In this document: positions 50,750-64,000 of the stretch, one piece after another
Position numbering within the stretch: position 1 is the stretch's first letter
Layout of the letters: each line of letters opens with the position of its first letter
Origin: Octopus vulgaris
Lineage: Eukaryota
Assembly (NCBI GenBank): GCA_951406725.2
Contig: OX597816.1
Location: 51,150,001-51,214,000, forward strand
Direction: 5' to 3'
DNA: 64,000 nt
Notes under the pieces: model-generated
Seen by the model: only the letters and a program-made list of their open reading frames with translations
The model's database searches: none
What the model was told of the DNA's origin: nothing
Position numbers and translations under genes: made by a program

Positions 50750-50753
50750 AAAC

Positions 50754-50833
<80 letters not shown>

Positions 50834-50853
50834 TACATATACATATAGGTGTG

Positions 50854-50891
<38 letters not shown>

Positions 50892-51334
50892 TATACATAT
50901 ATGTCTTCGTGTGTTTAAATATACACAAATATAAGAGTTTGTTTATATATATATATATATTAACATTATTACAGACTACAGCCATAGTTCATAGCCGTAA
51001 CAGTTCTTATATGTCATATAAATACATGAGATACAACGAAATTATATTCCAAATACATATGGTAAATTAAGTTATATATTTCACGCACTTTTGACCGTTA
51101 GCTCCGAGTAGAAAATTCTTGCAGTCTCAACAATATTTATTAATCATTTGTCATATTCCTAGGTTTCCACAGGCAATTAAATTTATCGGATATATTAACT
51201 GGTCTCAACTGACTCTCAGGTTTATAGAACTTACTCGTGTTCACGTAATGCTAGAGCGATTGGACAGTTGCCTCAGTATTATCATTTGTTGCTTGGACTA
51301 TGATGATCACTGTTTTAATAGTCTATGTATATAA

Positions 51335-51740
51335 GGCGGCGAGCTGGCAGAAACGTTAGCAGGCCGGGCTAAACGCTTCGCGGTATTTCGTCTGCCGTTA
51401 CGTTCTGAGTTCAAATTCCGCCAAGGTCGACTTTGCCTTTCATCATTTCGTGGTCAATAGATTAATTTCTAGTTACGCACTGGGGTCGACGTAATAGACT
51501 TAATCCGTTTATCTGTCCTTGTTTGTCTTCTTTGTGTTTAGCCCCTTGTGGATAGTAAAGAAATAGAAATAGGTATTTCGTCTACCGTTACGTTCTGAGT
51601 TCTAATTCCACCGACGTCGACTTTGCCTTTCCTCTTTTCGGGGTCGATTAATTAAGTACCAGTTGCCTGATGGGGTTCATCTAATCGTCTGGCCACCTCC
51701 TCCAAAATTGTGGGCCTTCTGTCTAGAGAAGAAAAGAATA
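51335..51740 (+). mobile_element. SINE family A (dimeric form)
   Basis: GGCGGCGAGCTGGCAGAAACGTTAGC head; core present twice. Confidence 0.88.
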
Positions 51741-52051
51741 TACTATATATATATACGCTCGTGTTATGGATATACGAGTATCACGTATACTGAATTAAAA
51801 GATTTAAGATACATCACACATTTCTCTTCATAAAGTTTAGAAGTGTGCTTCAGACAAATTTACATTTGATATATATAAAGGGAGAGGACGCTTGGCGTTG
51901 TTTCTTTCCTAACCACATGCTTCGGGGTTCAGGCACGCTACGTTTAACCGTTGCAAGTGATTTCTACAAATGCCTCGTGTCAAGTAAATGCCTCGGGTTT
52001 GTGTGTATATGCTTGTGTGTGTTTGTATGTGTGCGTGTGTGCCTGTGGGTC

Positions 52052-52186
<135 letters not shown>

Positions 52187-52230
52187 AAACAAGTCAAAAA
52201 TAGAAAATGCTAAAATAATTTTATAGTGAA

Positions 52231-52278
52231 CATTTCAGTACCGGTTTCGGTCATTTTGAGACCTTTTCAACTGTAACG
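52231..52278 (-). ncRNA. Variant-core hammerhead-like motif
   Basis: CAG-UUGAAAA-GGUC-ucaaaau-GACC-GAAA-CCGG-UA/CUG; the CUGANGA box is replaced by UUGAAAA. Confidence 0.5.
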
Positions 52279-52615
52279 ATTAAATAATTAAATTTAGAAA
52301 AATTAGAAGAAAAGTTTTTTTTAAGGAATATTCCTATAGTAGTGTTCAGATATAAGTGGCATTCTGCCTTTCTCTGACTCCCTTGTTTGCACTTGTGTGT
52401 TGGGGGTCGTTGTGAGTTCTTGGTAGGGTAGTAGAGGAAGAAGGCTGATGAGGAAAGGGGGTGGGAAAATCTGGGAGTGCCCTGATGGTCGTATTTGGAA
52501 TGGTCAGTGGCGGCTGGCAGTCGCAGTTCAATTCAGGAGAATATTTCTATTGAAAGGCTTGTTTATAGTATTTGCGTAGGTGTTATAATAAAAAACATTA
52601 GTGACAAAGTTAAGG

Positions 52616-52918
52616 GGTAGAAGGTGGAGAAGTAGAAGAAGAAGAAGAAGAAGAAGAAGAAGAAGATGATGATGTTGATGATGATGATGATGAAGAAGAA
52701 GAAGAAGAAGAAGGAGAAGGAGGAGATGACGATGATGATGGTGGTGGTGATGATTATGACGACGATTATGACGACGATCATCATCATCGTCGTCATAATC
52801 ATCACCACCATCATCATCATCGTCATCTTCTCCTTCTCCTTCTTCTTCTTCATCATCATCATCAACATCGTCATCTTCTTCTTCTTCTTCTTCTTCTTCT
52901 ACTTCTCCACCTTCTACC
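52616..52918. repeat. About 300-bp palindrome built from compound GAA/GAT/GGT microsatellite
   Basis: The left arm GGTAGAAGGTGGAGAAGTA(GAA)n(GAT)n... is the reverse complement of the right arm ...(TTC)nTACTTCTCCACCTTCTACC; centre at about 52780. Confidence 0.92.
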
Positions 52919-52998
52919 TCTTATTTTAGCATTTTCTATTTTTGAGTTGTTTTTTCATATATATCAACTCGTGTGTTCCTTTTCACCCTTATACATAC

Positions 52999-53051
<53 letters not shown>

Positions 53052-53170
53052 CATACATATATACATACATACATACGTTTTTTTAAACAATATTAATAGC
53101 GTTCTGTCAATCGCTATACAAATCCATCATTTTTTGCTAAAATGTCTTATTGACAAGTTTCGTGTTTTTC

Positions 53171-53256
53171 ACTTTCCCGAAGAGAAGATTGCATTGTTTA
53201 TACCATTTATTCTTTTGAATAGTATCAGTGGAATTTTCGAAACATGTGTCGAAAGT
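53171..53256 (+). ncRNA. Second copy of the 49688-49773 hammerhead (CUGA changed to CCGA)
   Basis: ACUUUC-CCGAAGA-GAAGAUU...AAUUUUC-GAAA-C-AUGU-G-UC/GAAAGU, within a ~230-bp inverted copy (53075-53303 vs 49642-49870). Confidence 0.75.
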
Positions 53257-54477
53257 AAAAATATTTGATTTACACCTGCGTTAAACTTCATTTATTTATT
53301 CATATATATATACATATTTGGAAGGCTAATTTATTTAGAAAATGTTGCGCATATTGGAATTTGGTTCTTGTCAACCTGAAGATTATCGTCCTTATATTTG
53401 TAATCTCTGTATCAAAATATCTATTGTTTACTGGGGAATCCTTATTAATTGTTTGAGGAAGTTAATATATAGATTTCTAAGCTTTTGTTGAAATCGCACC
53501 GGGTATTCCAGTGATCAATGTTTAGTGAAGCAAATTACATCCTGCCATCAGATTGTTATGAAATAGCGTCCTATACGAAGCTATAGGACGCCATTTTATT
53601 TTCTTATCTTAATTTCATATGAGGAAAGTTTCCATTTAAATACAATGATACTGGATACTTAATTAAACGTAAAAGCATTAGATTTTATAGATTCTTGTGA
53701 TTCGGCATTATAATTACTTTCAATGTCGTTAGAAAATCTAAAACAGATTTTTAAAATTATAAGAAATATCGTTAATTTTATTTTCAATCAAGAAATTTAC
53801 GCTTAGATATAGCATAGTGTTCCCAAGCCAACATCATGATTGTTCTCAACGAAGGTATACGTTTATTATGAATACCTGAATATTATCTTTTATAAGAAAA
53901 GTTGCGATTAATTGTATACTCTGATCAAGAGAAACAGCGCTGGGTAAATTCAATATCAGTATGAACATAAAATTTCCATGGAAGCTATTTACATTATATG
54001 AGATTGTAATTAGTATACACGTAACATTGCTTCGGTTATTTTTCCTTTACTCTCAAGGTTTTCTTTGTACGACTAAATCATTACTTATGCATTATTTTTA
54101 CTGTTTATATTTACCAAACATTTTACGTCTTAAAGAGACTGAATTAATTACATCTTCTATAATGACTTTATTATAAGACATGCATAAAGGATTTTCCCTG
54201 TTTGCAACTGTTAGAGTTTGATGTTGCAGCAAATATCAGCTGAAAGAATTTCATAATTGCAAATGACAATGTAGTTTGTAGGTGGGTATTCATTACCATA
54301 AACGATTTTAATGTAATCAGTTTTTGCTCATTAGAAGGGTAACAGGATTTTATATATATTTATTTCATGTATGTAGTTTGCCATTTCTTACATTAATGTA
54401 TAAACTGCATTTACAAATGTCGATTATTAACTCTAGAGTACATTCGCATATTAATTACTTTAAAAAATATAAATGCG

Positions 54478-54690
54478 CCCTTTTAAAGCCCAGCCAGGCT
54501 CATGGGCCACGTTTCCCGGTTTCAATGGCGTATGTGTTCCCCAGCTGGACGGGACGCCAGACCATCGCAGCGTTCCTCATGAAATGAAGTGTTTTGCTCA
54601 AGAACACAACGAATCGCCCGGTCTAGGAATCGAAACCACAATCTTACGATCATAATGCTGACAACCTAACCACTAAGCCACACACCTTCA
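54478..54690 (-). mobile_element. SINE family C-related
   Basis: Minus-strand head TGGCTTAGTGGTTAGG...GGTTTCGATTCC; tail shared with 32201-32505. Confidence 0.75.
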
Positions 54691-57492
54691 TCATTAATTA
54701 CTTGGTTGAAGAAATTCGGGTTCGCATCTTATTCCCAATGCAGCAAAACAGACGCATGAGAAAGGGCACTTACGAAGATATTTTCGTCAAAGGTTCTAAA
54801 TGACTACTGGCGGGTTCAATTGTATATAATGAGTATAAACTGACTATAATGATCCTGAAGCGAACTTTGTCTTACGTGATTCTAAATTCCGATATTGAAT
54901 TAAAAGTAGTACGGAGTATTATTGTTGCGTTCAATTCTAAAAAAATATATTTGAAACATAATAGAAACGTAAGATTGGATTTTTACGTAAACAATTTACT
55001 TGAATGATGGCCTGTGACCATTTTTCACGAGTACTTAGCTTCATAGGAAAAAAAGTGAATGGGCAAGCTCACTATAGGATTGTATTTAAATGAACGTTGT
55101 TTTAACAGATCCAGACATTTTGGGGATGCTAAACCACTTGATAGATAATATTTATCTTCCCCAAAATTATTAATTGACGAAACATATTGAAAATTGTTGA
55201 ATCGTACTAGAAGCGCTTAGCCGTTATGTGTTCAAATATAAACTTGTTACTAGTTTACGTGTTTGAGACATATGGCCCGTAAGGAAGCGATTCACTGTAT
55301 TTTGTCATACAGAAAATGCCTCGCTGTAAACAAACAAGTGTAAAAACAACAAATGAGTTCGAGGCGCCCCCTAATAAGATTGATAGATGAATGCATTTCT
55401 GAGTAGTTATCACCTTCTCACCATGAAACGTTGGAAAGGAAAACTCTAGAAAATGACAATGATAGAGTAAATTTCTCTTGTTATAGTCAAATCAACATAC
55501 TATGATTTTGAAATTTTGATAGCAAAAATAATGAATGAAATTTTTTATCGGATATTTCCTACTAAATATATTTTGTGATGTTAAATTCAATTTGATCTCA
55601 CTCCTCTCATTTCTGAATCGCTCTTCAGAATTCCTGTGAATATTTTGAAAGCTTTAATGTAATTGGAATAAAATTCGCTCACCTAAAGTTTAAACTGGCG
55701 TGGTTGGAAGAATTGTGAAATCGTATTAGATTTGTTAAAGCATGTAATTTATCAGACCCTTATGAATGTTTATTTGATATTACGTAAAATTCATTCCTAA
55801 CATAATATAATGCTTGATAGATCATATAATGTGTATTTGCATGTTAGTGCACAAGCCTTGTGTGGTTTCACGTACATATACTTTACATATTTTTATATAC
55901 GTAACGCATAAGAGTGTATAGATTGGCTTCCCGTTGCTACAAATCATAGGATCTATCAATGGAGATAAATATTGGAGTAAATATTTGTTCAGCATGCACG
56001 ATGAGTAGTTAGGTAGTTGCTGAATCACCTACACAGTGGATTCAAGTGAGGATAGCCGAAAATCTGGAGTCACGTGCAGCAGTACATGTAATCTTCACTT
56101 GGAGTCATAGTGATACTGTAAGAAATGGCAGGACCCTTAAATTACAGGTGCAATCCATACGACTATTTCACATGCATTTTCTATTTATCGAATTTCTTTC
56201 ATGAGTTTTAAGTGGTATTAAATCTATGCAGGACGATACTTACTTAATATGACACACAGAAAATCAAACCATTATATGAACCATTGCAAATTTATCTTAA
56301 CTCCGCACTTATAAAAGATAAAGTTATGGGGGAAGTAAATTTGAAGCAAATGCAGGAAAGTGGAAGTGTGGTACTATAACCGATATTATTTAAAATCTAG
56401 TTGAACGATATAAAGCATAAAGAAATGAAAAAATTAATCCTGAAGAATTTAAAGACATTCACACCATTTACTGAAAGACAAAACGATTTGACCACACGAA
56501 TTAATTGTTTCTCTATTTTTCTTCTCTTTCGATTTTAGCCGTTTATGAAATATTCTTTTTACTGCGTCAATCAGTCATAACATTATTTCCTATTTCCAAC
56601 TTCGAATGAATTTTGAGACTATGACAGACAGAAACAGTTATAGAAATAAGGCAGATTCGAGAGCCAATCACTGCAACACACATAGAAACATCATTGAGTG
56701 TTACTTACGTGCATTAGTGTATATGTATATCTACCACAGTCTAAATTGCAAGCCAAAAAAGGAAAAGAAATAAATAATAGACTGAGATGTCTGCATCTTG
56801 TATGCTCCAAAACGTCTTAATGATTTCTATAAAAGTGCGGCCTGCAACCCCGTATATTCATGTTGTTTTCTATTTTACATGAAATTTTCACTTAACATAT
56901 CAATTTGCATTTAAACATCACTAGAAAATATTCCTTAACGGGGCTATAATTGGCGAGTCCTTTCATTCCTTATTTACTATTTTTTCGTCTGTTATTCCTC
57001 TATTTATTTTGTTTCTATTTAAATTGCACAATAACGTCTGCTGTCCTTCATACTAACTACGGCCTGTTTATTTTTATTTTTTCGCAACAAAAATAATCTA
57101 TGAATATTTATTGTGCAACGAAAGTTTCCAAACCAAAATACAAGCTGGCATCATATTATATAGGTAAAAAAATAACAGGGATAAAAACATAAAATAATAC
57201 CAAAATACGTCAAAAGAAACGAGATGTAGCAAAAGTAAAAAACAAACATAAGGATACCAGAAAAAGTAATGCTAGAGGCCTTCCCGCTTTTGTTTTATTT
57301 TGCATAAGTTCATCAGAACGGTACACTCAAAATATTTCAGTGGCATGCATTTTTTCCCGACGAATCCTAGGAAGAAATAAGAGAGAAAGAAAATATATAG
57401 TTCGAAAGTAGAAAATAAGTATTTATTTAAAGACTTATTCATTCTAGCAATTTTTTAATGCTTTCTTACTATAGTACATTATTTCCTATACG

Positions 57493-57542
<50 letters not shown>

Positions 57543-57678
57543 AGGAAATTAGTAGTGAATACAGAAAAATACACGCACACAGACAGTCGGACATACACTT
57601 ACTCTTACATACATATAAGCATCCATGCATGTATGTTTGTGATCACTTGCTGTGTCACTTTTTTACTAACTCCCTCTC

Positions 57679-57718
<40 letters not shown>

Positions 57719-57959
57719 ACTATATATGCGTATGTAGTGTGTGTAGGGGTGGCAGGGGGTGGAGATGTGTGTGCATGTATGTATTTGTGTAGATTATTTT
57801 TTTTTTATAAAAACCAAAATATTTTCATGCCAAGTTTTTTTCGGGAAAAATATCGTTCGATTACTCATACAATATACTCTTTTCCATAGATAAGAAAACA
57901 ATTCTATGTAACAGAACATATACCAGACGTACACACACATTTGTACATGTGCACAGTTA

Positions 57960-58222
57960 CCTCATGTATGTATGTATGCATGTATGTATGAATGTATGTG
58001 TATGTATATATGTATGTATGGATGTATGTATCTGTGTATGAATGGTGTATGATATATATATATATGTGTGTGTATATATATATGCATATATGTACATATA
58101 TATATATACATATATGTACATATATATAATTATACATATATACATATGTATACATGTATATATATATATATATATATTCATATATATACATGCACATATA
58201 TGGATATTTATACACACGCGCG

Positions 58223-58262
<40 letters not shown>

Positions 58263-58330
58263 ACGTATATATATGTGTGTATGTGTGTGTTTGTCTGTGA
58301 ATATGTATGTATGTCTATTAGTGTATATGT
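57960..58330. repeat. Compound (TATG)n/(TA)n/(CA)n microsatellite
   Basis: Directly visible. Confidence 0.9.
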
Positions 58331-58844
58331 GCAAAGATGAGATTACGTGTGCATGTATACATATATTATCTTTAAATCTTGGAAAGATCTTTTATGTATA
58401 TTTTTATACTTACCAGTTATTAGTACGAAAACATCTTAATACAGATAATACATAATATTGATCTATATATTCTAAATACAAATAGAATCACGAAGAGAAA
58501 TAGCGGAAATGTGTACATGAATAATAAGTAATACGATTATCGTTTCGATGATATCTTTTAAAGGACTATCATCATATTTTACAGATATGAACATTCGCTG
58601 TAGTTAAGTAGCATTAATCCGCAGGGATATTAAGTACTAATAACAAAATGAGGCTCTGTTTTGCATTGTATGCCACCACTTCTCAGTAACCTCTCAACAA
58701 CTCAAGGTTACGTAGATATGCTTCTGCTTCTCTCATTCATCCGACATCTGCTCCTCTTTCTCATTAATCTTCTCTCACTCTCTCACGGTTTCTCTCTCGC
58801 CCTTATCTTTAAAATTATCTATCTGTCTGCCTGTATGTCTATGT

Positions 58845-58879
58845 ATCTCTCTCTCTCTCTACCTATCTATATCTATCTT

Positions 58880-58944
<65 letters not shown>

Positions 58945-58947
58945 AGA

Positions 58948-58978
<31 letters not shown>

Positions 58979-59014
58979 CTAGCTAGCGAGCTCGCTAGAT
59001 AGATAGATAGATAA

Positions 59015-59046
<32 letters not shown>

Positions 59047-59098
59047 TTAGATGGCTAGCTAGATAGATAGATAGATAGATACATTGGTAGACAAATGT

Positions 59099-59172
<74 letters not shown>
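58845..59172. repeat. Compound (TA)n/(GA)n/(GATA)n microsatellite
   Basis: Directly visible. Confidence 0.92.
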
Positions 59173-59174
<2 letters not shown>

Positions 59175-60084
59175 AATACAAAGGAAAAATATACTAAAAC
59201 TCGGGGTGAATATTTTATGAGCGTTGAGTATGAATCTTACTTGACTAATTAAATTGTCCAATACTAATCCATATAGGCCTTAAAATTACTTTCTGCTGCT
59301 GATTCAATGTATAAATCCGAAGTTTAAAGCCTGAAAAACTTTAGTGTTAGATCACAGGGTGTTGTAGAAAAACACACACACAAAAAAATAGAATTATACA
59401 TTATTTTTTCAGCTCGCCCACATTGCCGTTATAGTGACAAATTCAAAATTCTGCGATGAAGTAATCATGGATATTAATCGATTCTATAAATGGTTGTCTA
59501 AGATTCTACAGTGATAGATAAATTTAGCACCATGCTAGTGTTATGAAGGCTATTGGACACTGCTTAGAATGAAGAACTTGTGAAATGAGATAGTTGTATA
59601 TCTAACAGGCAGTATAAGTGGTGGGGGATTATTTCATCAGACCTAACTTTGAAGACCGTTTATCATTTCATGGCAAAATTCTAATATGATAGTTATTGTC
59701 AATAATCAGTAGAGTCAACTTAAAACATATATTAGATCAAATTTCCACGCTTATCACATCGATTACTGACCATTTGAACTACAAAGACGAAGTATTTAAA
59801 ACCAGGCTGTACAGTAGATATTTATATAGAACACTATGGAAACTCCGTTTGAAAAGTATTCATTTTAAATGTAATTCATCGGGGGAAGCGGGGAGGTCGA
59901 GATAAGAAGTATTGTAAAGGAAACTATCCACCATGTTATTCCATAGGGAAGATATACTTCAAAGCAAATATTTTCCTTAAAAATGTCTTACGACAGAAAC
60001 TGAAACCTAGGTATAACCGTAAACTAGCAAGAGCATACGAGTTAAGAAATATAATTGAAAACTGAAATGTATTTCACAATAACT

Positions 60085-60514
60085 CTTTTCTGCTCTCGGT
60101 ACAAGGCCCGAATTTTGGTGGGGGAGGACCAGTCGATTACATCGGCCCCCATTATGCAACTGGTACTTAATTTATCAACCCCGAAAGGCTGAAAGGCAAA
60201 TCGACCTCGGCGTAATATGAACTCAGTAGGTAGCGGCAGGCGAAATACCGCTAAGCATTTCGCCCGGCGTGCTAGCGTTTCTTATTCCTTTATTGCCCAC
60301 AAGGGGCTAAACAGAGAGGGAACAAACAAGGACAGACAAAGGATTTAATTCAATTACATCGAAACCAGTGCGTAACTGGTAGTTAATTTCTCGGCCCCGA
60401 AAGGATGAAAAGCATAGTCGACCTCGGCGGAATCTGAACTCAGAACGTAACGGCAGACGAAATACCGCTAAGTATTTCGCTCGGAGTGCTAACCTTTCTG
60501 CTAGCTCACCGCCT
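60085..60514 (-). mobile_element. SINE family A (dimeric form)
   Basis: Two tandem cores ...GAAAGGCAAATCGACCTCGGCG... and ...GGATGAAAAGCATAGTCGACCTCGGCGG. Confidence 0.85.
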
Positions 60515-60799
60515 TTGTATTATGTATTCCGCAATAATTAAGAAACTAGGGATGAAAAACTGGTGCATCAAATAGTACCCGGAGGAAAACGAGGATTTTG
60601 TGGCCTGCTGGTAATGAGAAAGGAAAATAAAAAGAGTTTGAAAACTTGGTATATTGAGCTCTTTACAAAATGACAGGCTTCAAAAGTAAAATATATTTAT
60701 TACCTATTTCTAAATAGGAGACATATAGATAAAATTAAAAAAACATTACAAAAGTAGTGGTACACAAATAGTAACCAAACCAACTATAAAAGGAGGAAC

Positions 60800-61800
60800 A
60801 TGTTGAGAGGAAAATAAGTTGGAATGAGATATGGAGGTGGACCACATCTCGTCTAAGATTTCTGATTCGTTCATCCTATGATATTTTGCCATCGCCTGCA
60901 AATCTAGTAAGATGGAACGCCTCAGAGAATGATATATGCAGATGCGGAAAGGTAGGAACACTGAAACATATTCTTTCCAACTGTTCACCATCATTGAACA
61001 GGTATACATGGAGACACAACCTGATCCTTAAGGTTATCTTCAGTGCTATAAAGAACCAAATTGATCTCAAAAACAATGAAAAAAAACGTTGAAAATACCA
61101 ACTACAGATTGCATTACCCTCGTGCTCTCAGGACAGCGGATCCGTTTCAAGAAGAACAACAAGAAACTTCCTTTGAGCGATGAAAATTGGAACGGCTATT
61201 GAGAGGTAACTGCAGATTTACCAATGTTCCAGGGACTCCTTCCCATAGCAATTATGAAAAAATAAACGGACATTTTAATGTAGTGTGAAGGAAAGAAAGT
61301 TGTAAATCTAGTTGAGATGACGGTTCCTCATGAAGATAACATGGACGCTGCTTGGGGACGAAAGATTGACCGTTATGTAAACCTCAATGAGGAATGTAAA
61401 GATGCAGGCTGGGGAAGGGAGCATTTTCCAATCGAAGTCGGATGTAGAGAGTTTGTTGGACACAGTGTGAGACGACTGTTGTCATCGTTAGGCCTAACTC
61501 ATCGTAAAGTAAATACCACCATGACCAATATCCAAACTACAGTGGAGAAGGATAGTCACTGGATTTGGTTAAAAACAGACGATGAGCAAAGGATAAAAGA
61601 ATATTGAGATTGATTTAATAAACAATCGATCAAACAAGCGGGGCCTCAAATCAGTGAGAGTGGCCGGTACGCATTGATGCCGTCGAGAAGTAGGCCCTGA
61701 AACGGCGTGCATTCTCTTCTGATGACCCCATGCACTTGCAGGCTTCCGGTATGCGGAGTACTCGACTGGTAGCACTTGCATGTGCAAGTTGTTTGAAAAA
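60800..61800 (+). mobile_element. HERO-clade (RLE-type) non-LTR retrotransposon 3' end
   Basis: LPSPANLVRWNASENDICRCGKVGTLKHILSNCSPSLNRYTWRHNLIL (CCHC finger plus RH); VEMTVPHEDNMDAAWGRKIDRY...FPIEVGCREFV...SHWIWLK. Confidence 0.85.
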
Positions 61801-62775
61801 TACCCTTTATCTTTTACGTAAACAGCCAGATTTAGCACGAATAACGTGTAGTACATAATTTAAATCATCAATCTTTGTATTGCAGTTAGATGTTCGATGT
61901 TCTGAAATCTTTATAAAATGAATTTAGATGACTGTTTTGCTTCAAATATTACAGTCCTGTTTATCGACAGCCCGCGTATACAGGTATCAATTAATGGATT
62001 AAACCTTACAACTCGATTCCAGTTTAACTTCTTCCATGAAATACTAAGGCTACATATATGTTCCTCTATCATTCCTAGGCAATCACCTTTGTCCTTAAGC
62101 TATTTACTGTTTATGTGTTTGATTGTACTCTTTAGATATCTTGTATATTTTTATTTAATATCAGTGTGGGTTTCCACATCTTAGCTTTTGCTTGTAAAGT
62201 AGCATATTCAACTACGCTTAAAGCCAAAATTTACAACTTTAAACTTATGTTTTTATGTAGTTTACTTAAATATTAGCTATGATAATTAAATCAGTGACAA
62301 CCAGCATGTCCAAAACAACCGATGAGGAGAGATTAAATAACATGACTGCTCTTCTTTCATTCATATGTCATGTCCCCACCGCAGGCTATATATTTCATAG
62401 CATTAGCTGTGCTGGTGACGGCTGCCACTTAAGGCAAAACGCAACCGTCTGTTTACTCCAGGTAATGCCGTGTCAGTCTTTAAAATTTATTAATATGGAA
62501 ATCAATTCTTTTCATCGTGTGGAGTTGGTAACGATTGCCACAAAACTTTCAGCCTACCCTCTCTAGAACAGGATAATCTAAAAATCAAATTTATTTTGAA
62601 TGTTATTTACTATAAAATTGTTGCTCAAATAAATGCCATTGACCATATTGATTTATTTCTCGGAGCGCAAATTCGTTTAGACAAGCATAAATCTGCAACC
62701 AAATATAAGCAGAGGCATTATAAAATATATATTTATAAAGATATATATATATATGAATCTCTCTCTCCCTCTCTC

Positions 62776-62818
<43 letters not shown>

Positions 62819-62879
62819 GCAAGCATACGCATGCGCATACATATGTATGAGATTGCGCTTAAGCGAATATATTTAGATA

Positions 62880-64000
62880 TCTAGGCTGACCAAAAAGTAG
62901 GTATACACTTTAAAATTGTATTTATATTACCATGTTTAATTTCGTGTGTGCTCGATCTGACTTCCATCGACTATACAACATACACAAAACTGTGAAGGAC
63001 GTTGTTATATTTATTTCATTTTATATTTTTTTTATTTCATACTGTTAATCGTATTCGTTTAATTTATTTATTTTTATTCTAATGCACTACTGGAAGATGG
63101 AAAATGCTGAGCACATGGAAAGCTTTTGACACGATCATATTGAAAACTTTATCTTCTAATAGATAAATTTGAAACATCAGGATTAGTGATTAATGCAGTG
63201 GACGATTCAGGGCGTCTCATATTCGGGTAAATTAGATAAGAGTCGCTATGCTTTGTAAGCGCTGTCCATAAGACATCCCAGCGAGTGCGTGTCAAATGCT
63301 AAACATACAGGAATTTTCTTATCCTGCATAATGCATAAATTTAAATTGAAGCCTAAAGCTCTACGAGAGTCATTTGTTCTTCCGGAAAGCGAGTCAAATT
63401 GTAGGTTTCAATTCTGTGCAATATTGCGTGATGAACAACCTGATGATGGAGAGCTTGATGTGATAATTTAGACAAATCTAACCACGTTTAAGTTGTCGAG
63501 CCACGGGAGCAGGCATAATTGTTTGTATTGGGCAAAGCAAAATCATCATTTGACCTATCACCTATCTGCCGAGCCAGCCTGGAGCCACAGTGTGAAGTGC
63601 ATTGTCCAGTGAAAGAGTTGGAGGGCTGGTTTTTGTTTCATAGAATTGTGGTCGGTAGAATTCACCGAAAAAACGTTGCGTGAGTTGGTCGTGTCACAAC
63701 TCAGAACCAGAGCTATCATTGCTGGAGTGTTCCTCTATCAAGATGACGTGCCTCCTCAGAATACTTTCCTTCAAAACGTGAAATGGGGGACGTGACAGGA
63801 TCGAAAGACCACCGAGATCACCGAAATTAGCACCAACCCACCTCTTTTGCGAGCAAGGGGGAGTGAAAATATAGCTTATGAGAGAAACACATGGACAATA
63901 AATAAATTAAAACAGTTCATCAGCATTTATTGATAGAAAGGTAGGTCAGACTTTGTGTTGTACTGTGTATCGCAGCGTCACAGTGATTAGGACAGATTCA
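62880..64000 (+). mobile_element. Highly decayed Tc1/mariner-superfamily transposon
   Basis: TIR-like AGGCTGACCAAAAAGTAGGTATACA, then IDKFETSG, FKLSSHGSRHNCLYWAKQNHH, FLYQDDVPPQ (FQQDGAPPH-like) and RPPRSPKLAP (WPPRSPDLTP-like). Confidence 0.6.

Overview
AT-rich, microsatellite-dense eukaryotic non-coding DNA. The SINE families and repeat content suggest a cephalopod (Octopus-like) intron or intergenic region; this is an inference, not a database result. No intact host protein-coding gene was found, and nearly all long ORFs in the track are microsatellite artefacts. The window holds decayed mobile elements: three full-length mariner copies with TIRs, maT/Tc1-type relics, an intron-containing hATm-like transposase relic, non-autonomous Helitrons, R4/Dong, HERO and RTE LINE fragments, a Penelope-like (PLE) RT fragment, several tRNA-derived SINE families and a tRNA-Gly(TCC) pseudogene. 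The most striking signal is more than a dozen type I minimal hammerhead-ribozyme (HHR) motifs from several unrelated short non-coding element families, mostly inserted in (TA)n and often arranged as inverted repeats. They include (i) a tRNA-headed Pol III SINE carrying an HHR and an inverted head duplication (21.7 kb, 42.5-43.3 kb), (ii) a 142-bp rod-like fold-back with an HHR at its apex (16.9-17.1 kb) and (iii) a 48.5-53.3 kb cluster of HHR elements and nested palindromes with at least one fully canonical core.
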